Source of the DNA: an uncultured Acidimicrobiia bacterium
Lineage (GTDB): Bacteria > Actinomycetota > Acidimicrobiia > Spongiisociales > UBA4744
Direction of reading: 5' to 3'
DNA length: 42,127 bases
Assembly: GCA_964633745.1 (NCBI GenBank)
Contig: CAZWHZ010000005.1
Span: 1-42,127, forward strand
In this document: positions 40,852 to 42,127 of the stretch, one piece after another
Layout of the letters: each line of letters starts with the position of its first letter
Numbering within the stretch: the stretch's first letter is position 1
Position numbers and translations under genes: made by a program
Notes under the pieces: model-generated
Database searches by the model: none
Told to the model about the DNA's origin: nothing
The model's input: only the letters and a program-made list of their open reading frames with translations

Positions 40852-42127
40852 ATCAGAAGGTCAGTCGCAGTCGCAGTTCTGGTTGGAATCGTTCTGGCCT
40901 TGCTCCCTGCGCCGGGGGGACTCACTCGACCTGCCTGGGCGAAATCGTTCGACCATCGCCTCTCCTTGACCACACTCAATGACGTTGCCGAATCGCAGGT
41001 GGTCGAGAACCCGTTCACCCTCGTCGGCGTTTCTTGGGACGGCACGCCACCTGAGAGCATTGCAGTTCGCATCCGAACGGGGAACGCGTGGAGCGAGTGG
41101 AGAACTCTCGAATCGGACGACCCGGACGGCCCGGACATCGGAACCGACGAGTATCAGAACCAGCGGCACGCCACCCAGCCGGTGTGGGCCGGTGAGTCGG
41201 ATGCTGTTCAGTTCCGTTTCGTCGGTGGCTCGCCGGGGAACGCCGAGGTCCATCTGGTCGACACGACCAACCGAAGCAAACCATTTCTGCGTCGCGTTGC
41301 CGATAGCTTCACTCCACCCCAGGCGGACGCAGCGGTCCCGCAGCCGGGAATCCACAGCCGCTCGGAGTGGGATCCAACAAACACCTGCGCTCCGAGAGAA
41401 CCGGCGAGCTATGTGCAGGTATCTGCGGCCTTCATCCACCACACGGCAGGGTGGAACACCTACACGCAAGCAGAGGTTCCGGGCTACATCCTCGGCATCT
41501 GTCTCTACCACCGGAATACGAAAGAGTGGAATGACATCGCCTACAACTTCCTGATCGACCGATTCGGTGGGGTCTGGGAGGGTCGCGCCGGCGGCATCGA
41601 CAAGGGCGTCCAAGGGGCGCATTCTCAAGGCTTCAACTCGTACTCGACCGGCATCGCGCTGCTGGGCAGCTTCCATAACACAGGCGTGTCACCATCCGCA
41701 TCGATGCTCAACGGTCTGGTCAACCTGCTGGCCTGGAAGCTCTCCATCCACAATGTCGATCCACTCGCAACCGTTTCGGTGGTCTCCAAAGGTTCCTACA
41801 AGTACCCGCAAGGCACGCGGGTGACCATCAACACGATCCTGGGACACCGGGATACTCAGGCGACCGCCTGTCCAGGTGACCAAGCCTACGCAGATATCCC
41901 GTCCGTCCGAACCCGTGTCGCAGCCAGGTGGCGAGCACTCCCGTTGAACACCTACGTATCCCCCTTGGTAGGCGATTTCACCGGCGACGGAGCGGAAGAC
42001 GGCAGCGTGTTCAGACCCTCCGATGGCACCATGTGGGTAACCAACGGAAGCGCTGGAGGCACGAAGTCATGGGGATCGCTGTCACCAACAACCGGCTGGG
42101 ACACACACCTCGTCGGCGACTTCAACG
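40852..42127 (+). CDS. Secreted PGRP-like N-acetylmuramoyl-L-alanine amidase (Amidase_2) with FG-GAP/VCBS-like repeats; 3' truncated; apparent ATC start
   Basis: Manual translation is open to the window end. It shows a signal peptide, FIHHTAG, WNDIAYNFLIDRFG.VWEGRAGG, GAHSQGFN, GHRDTQATACPG, then GDFTGDG and GDFN. Missing from the ORF track because no stop falls inside the window. Confidence 0.9.
   Translation, partial: MRRSVAVAVLVGIVLALLPAPGGLTRPAWAKSFDHRLSLTTLNDVAESQVVENPFTLVGVSWDGTPPESIAVRIRTGNAWSEWRTLESDDPDGPDIGTDEYQNQRHATQPVWAGESDAVQFRFVGGSPGNAEVHLVDTTNRSKPFLRRVADSFTPPQADAAVPQPGIHSRSEWDPTNTCAPREPASYVQVSAAFIHHTAGWNTYTQAEVPGYILGICLYHRNTKEWNDIAYNFLIDRFGGVWEGRAGGIDKGVQGAHSQGFNSYSTGIALLGSFHNTGVSPSASMLNGLVNLLAWKLSIHNVDPLATVSVVSKGSYKYPQGTRVTINTILGHRDTQATACPGDQAYADIPSVRTRVAARWRALPLNTYVSPLVGDFTGDGAEDGSVFRPSDGTMWVTNGSAGGTKSWGSLSPTTGWDTHLVGDFN

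Overview
High-GC chromosomal window of core housekeeping genes, most consistent with a deep-branching actinobacterium (Acidimicrobiia-like; inferred from gene content and synteny). In coordinate order it holds: the 5' end of ftsE; prfB with an intact programmed +1 frameshift; secA; a translationally coupled HD-GYP / HEAT-repeat / NarL-type regulator / hpf block; comF; an atypical FtsH-like protease; ahcY, PGI/PMI, Trm112-like and manB; a GT2 + GtrA + GT-C-like glycosylation trio; three small Cys/His proteins (one missed by the ORF track); DUF5719 and a large GT2; cofD-cofE (F420); epimerase, GT2, ugd and an LCP gene; birA, acyl-CoA carboxylase subunits and methylmalonyl-CoA mutase; a class A PBP; a small conserved-looking hypothetical; moeB; an M23-CWB2 protein; and a 3'-truncated PGRP-type amidase missing from the ORF track. 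I saw no tRNA, rRNA, CRISPR array, integrase or transposase. The most unusual signals are four. (1) A dispersed family of 105-130 bp intergenic elements built from a terminal hairpin (a C-GNA-G triloop in three of four), inverted 7-nt tandem arrays and, in three, a shared GGTCTY core. (2) A HEAT/HD-GYP pair sharing a homologous N-terminal domain. (3) An amidase that appears to start at ATC behind a perfect Shine-Dalgarno. (4) A triad of small putative zinc-binding proteins. All family names come from motif recognition by eye, not database searches.
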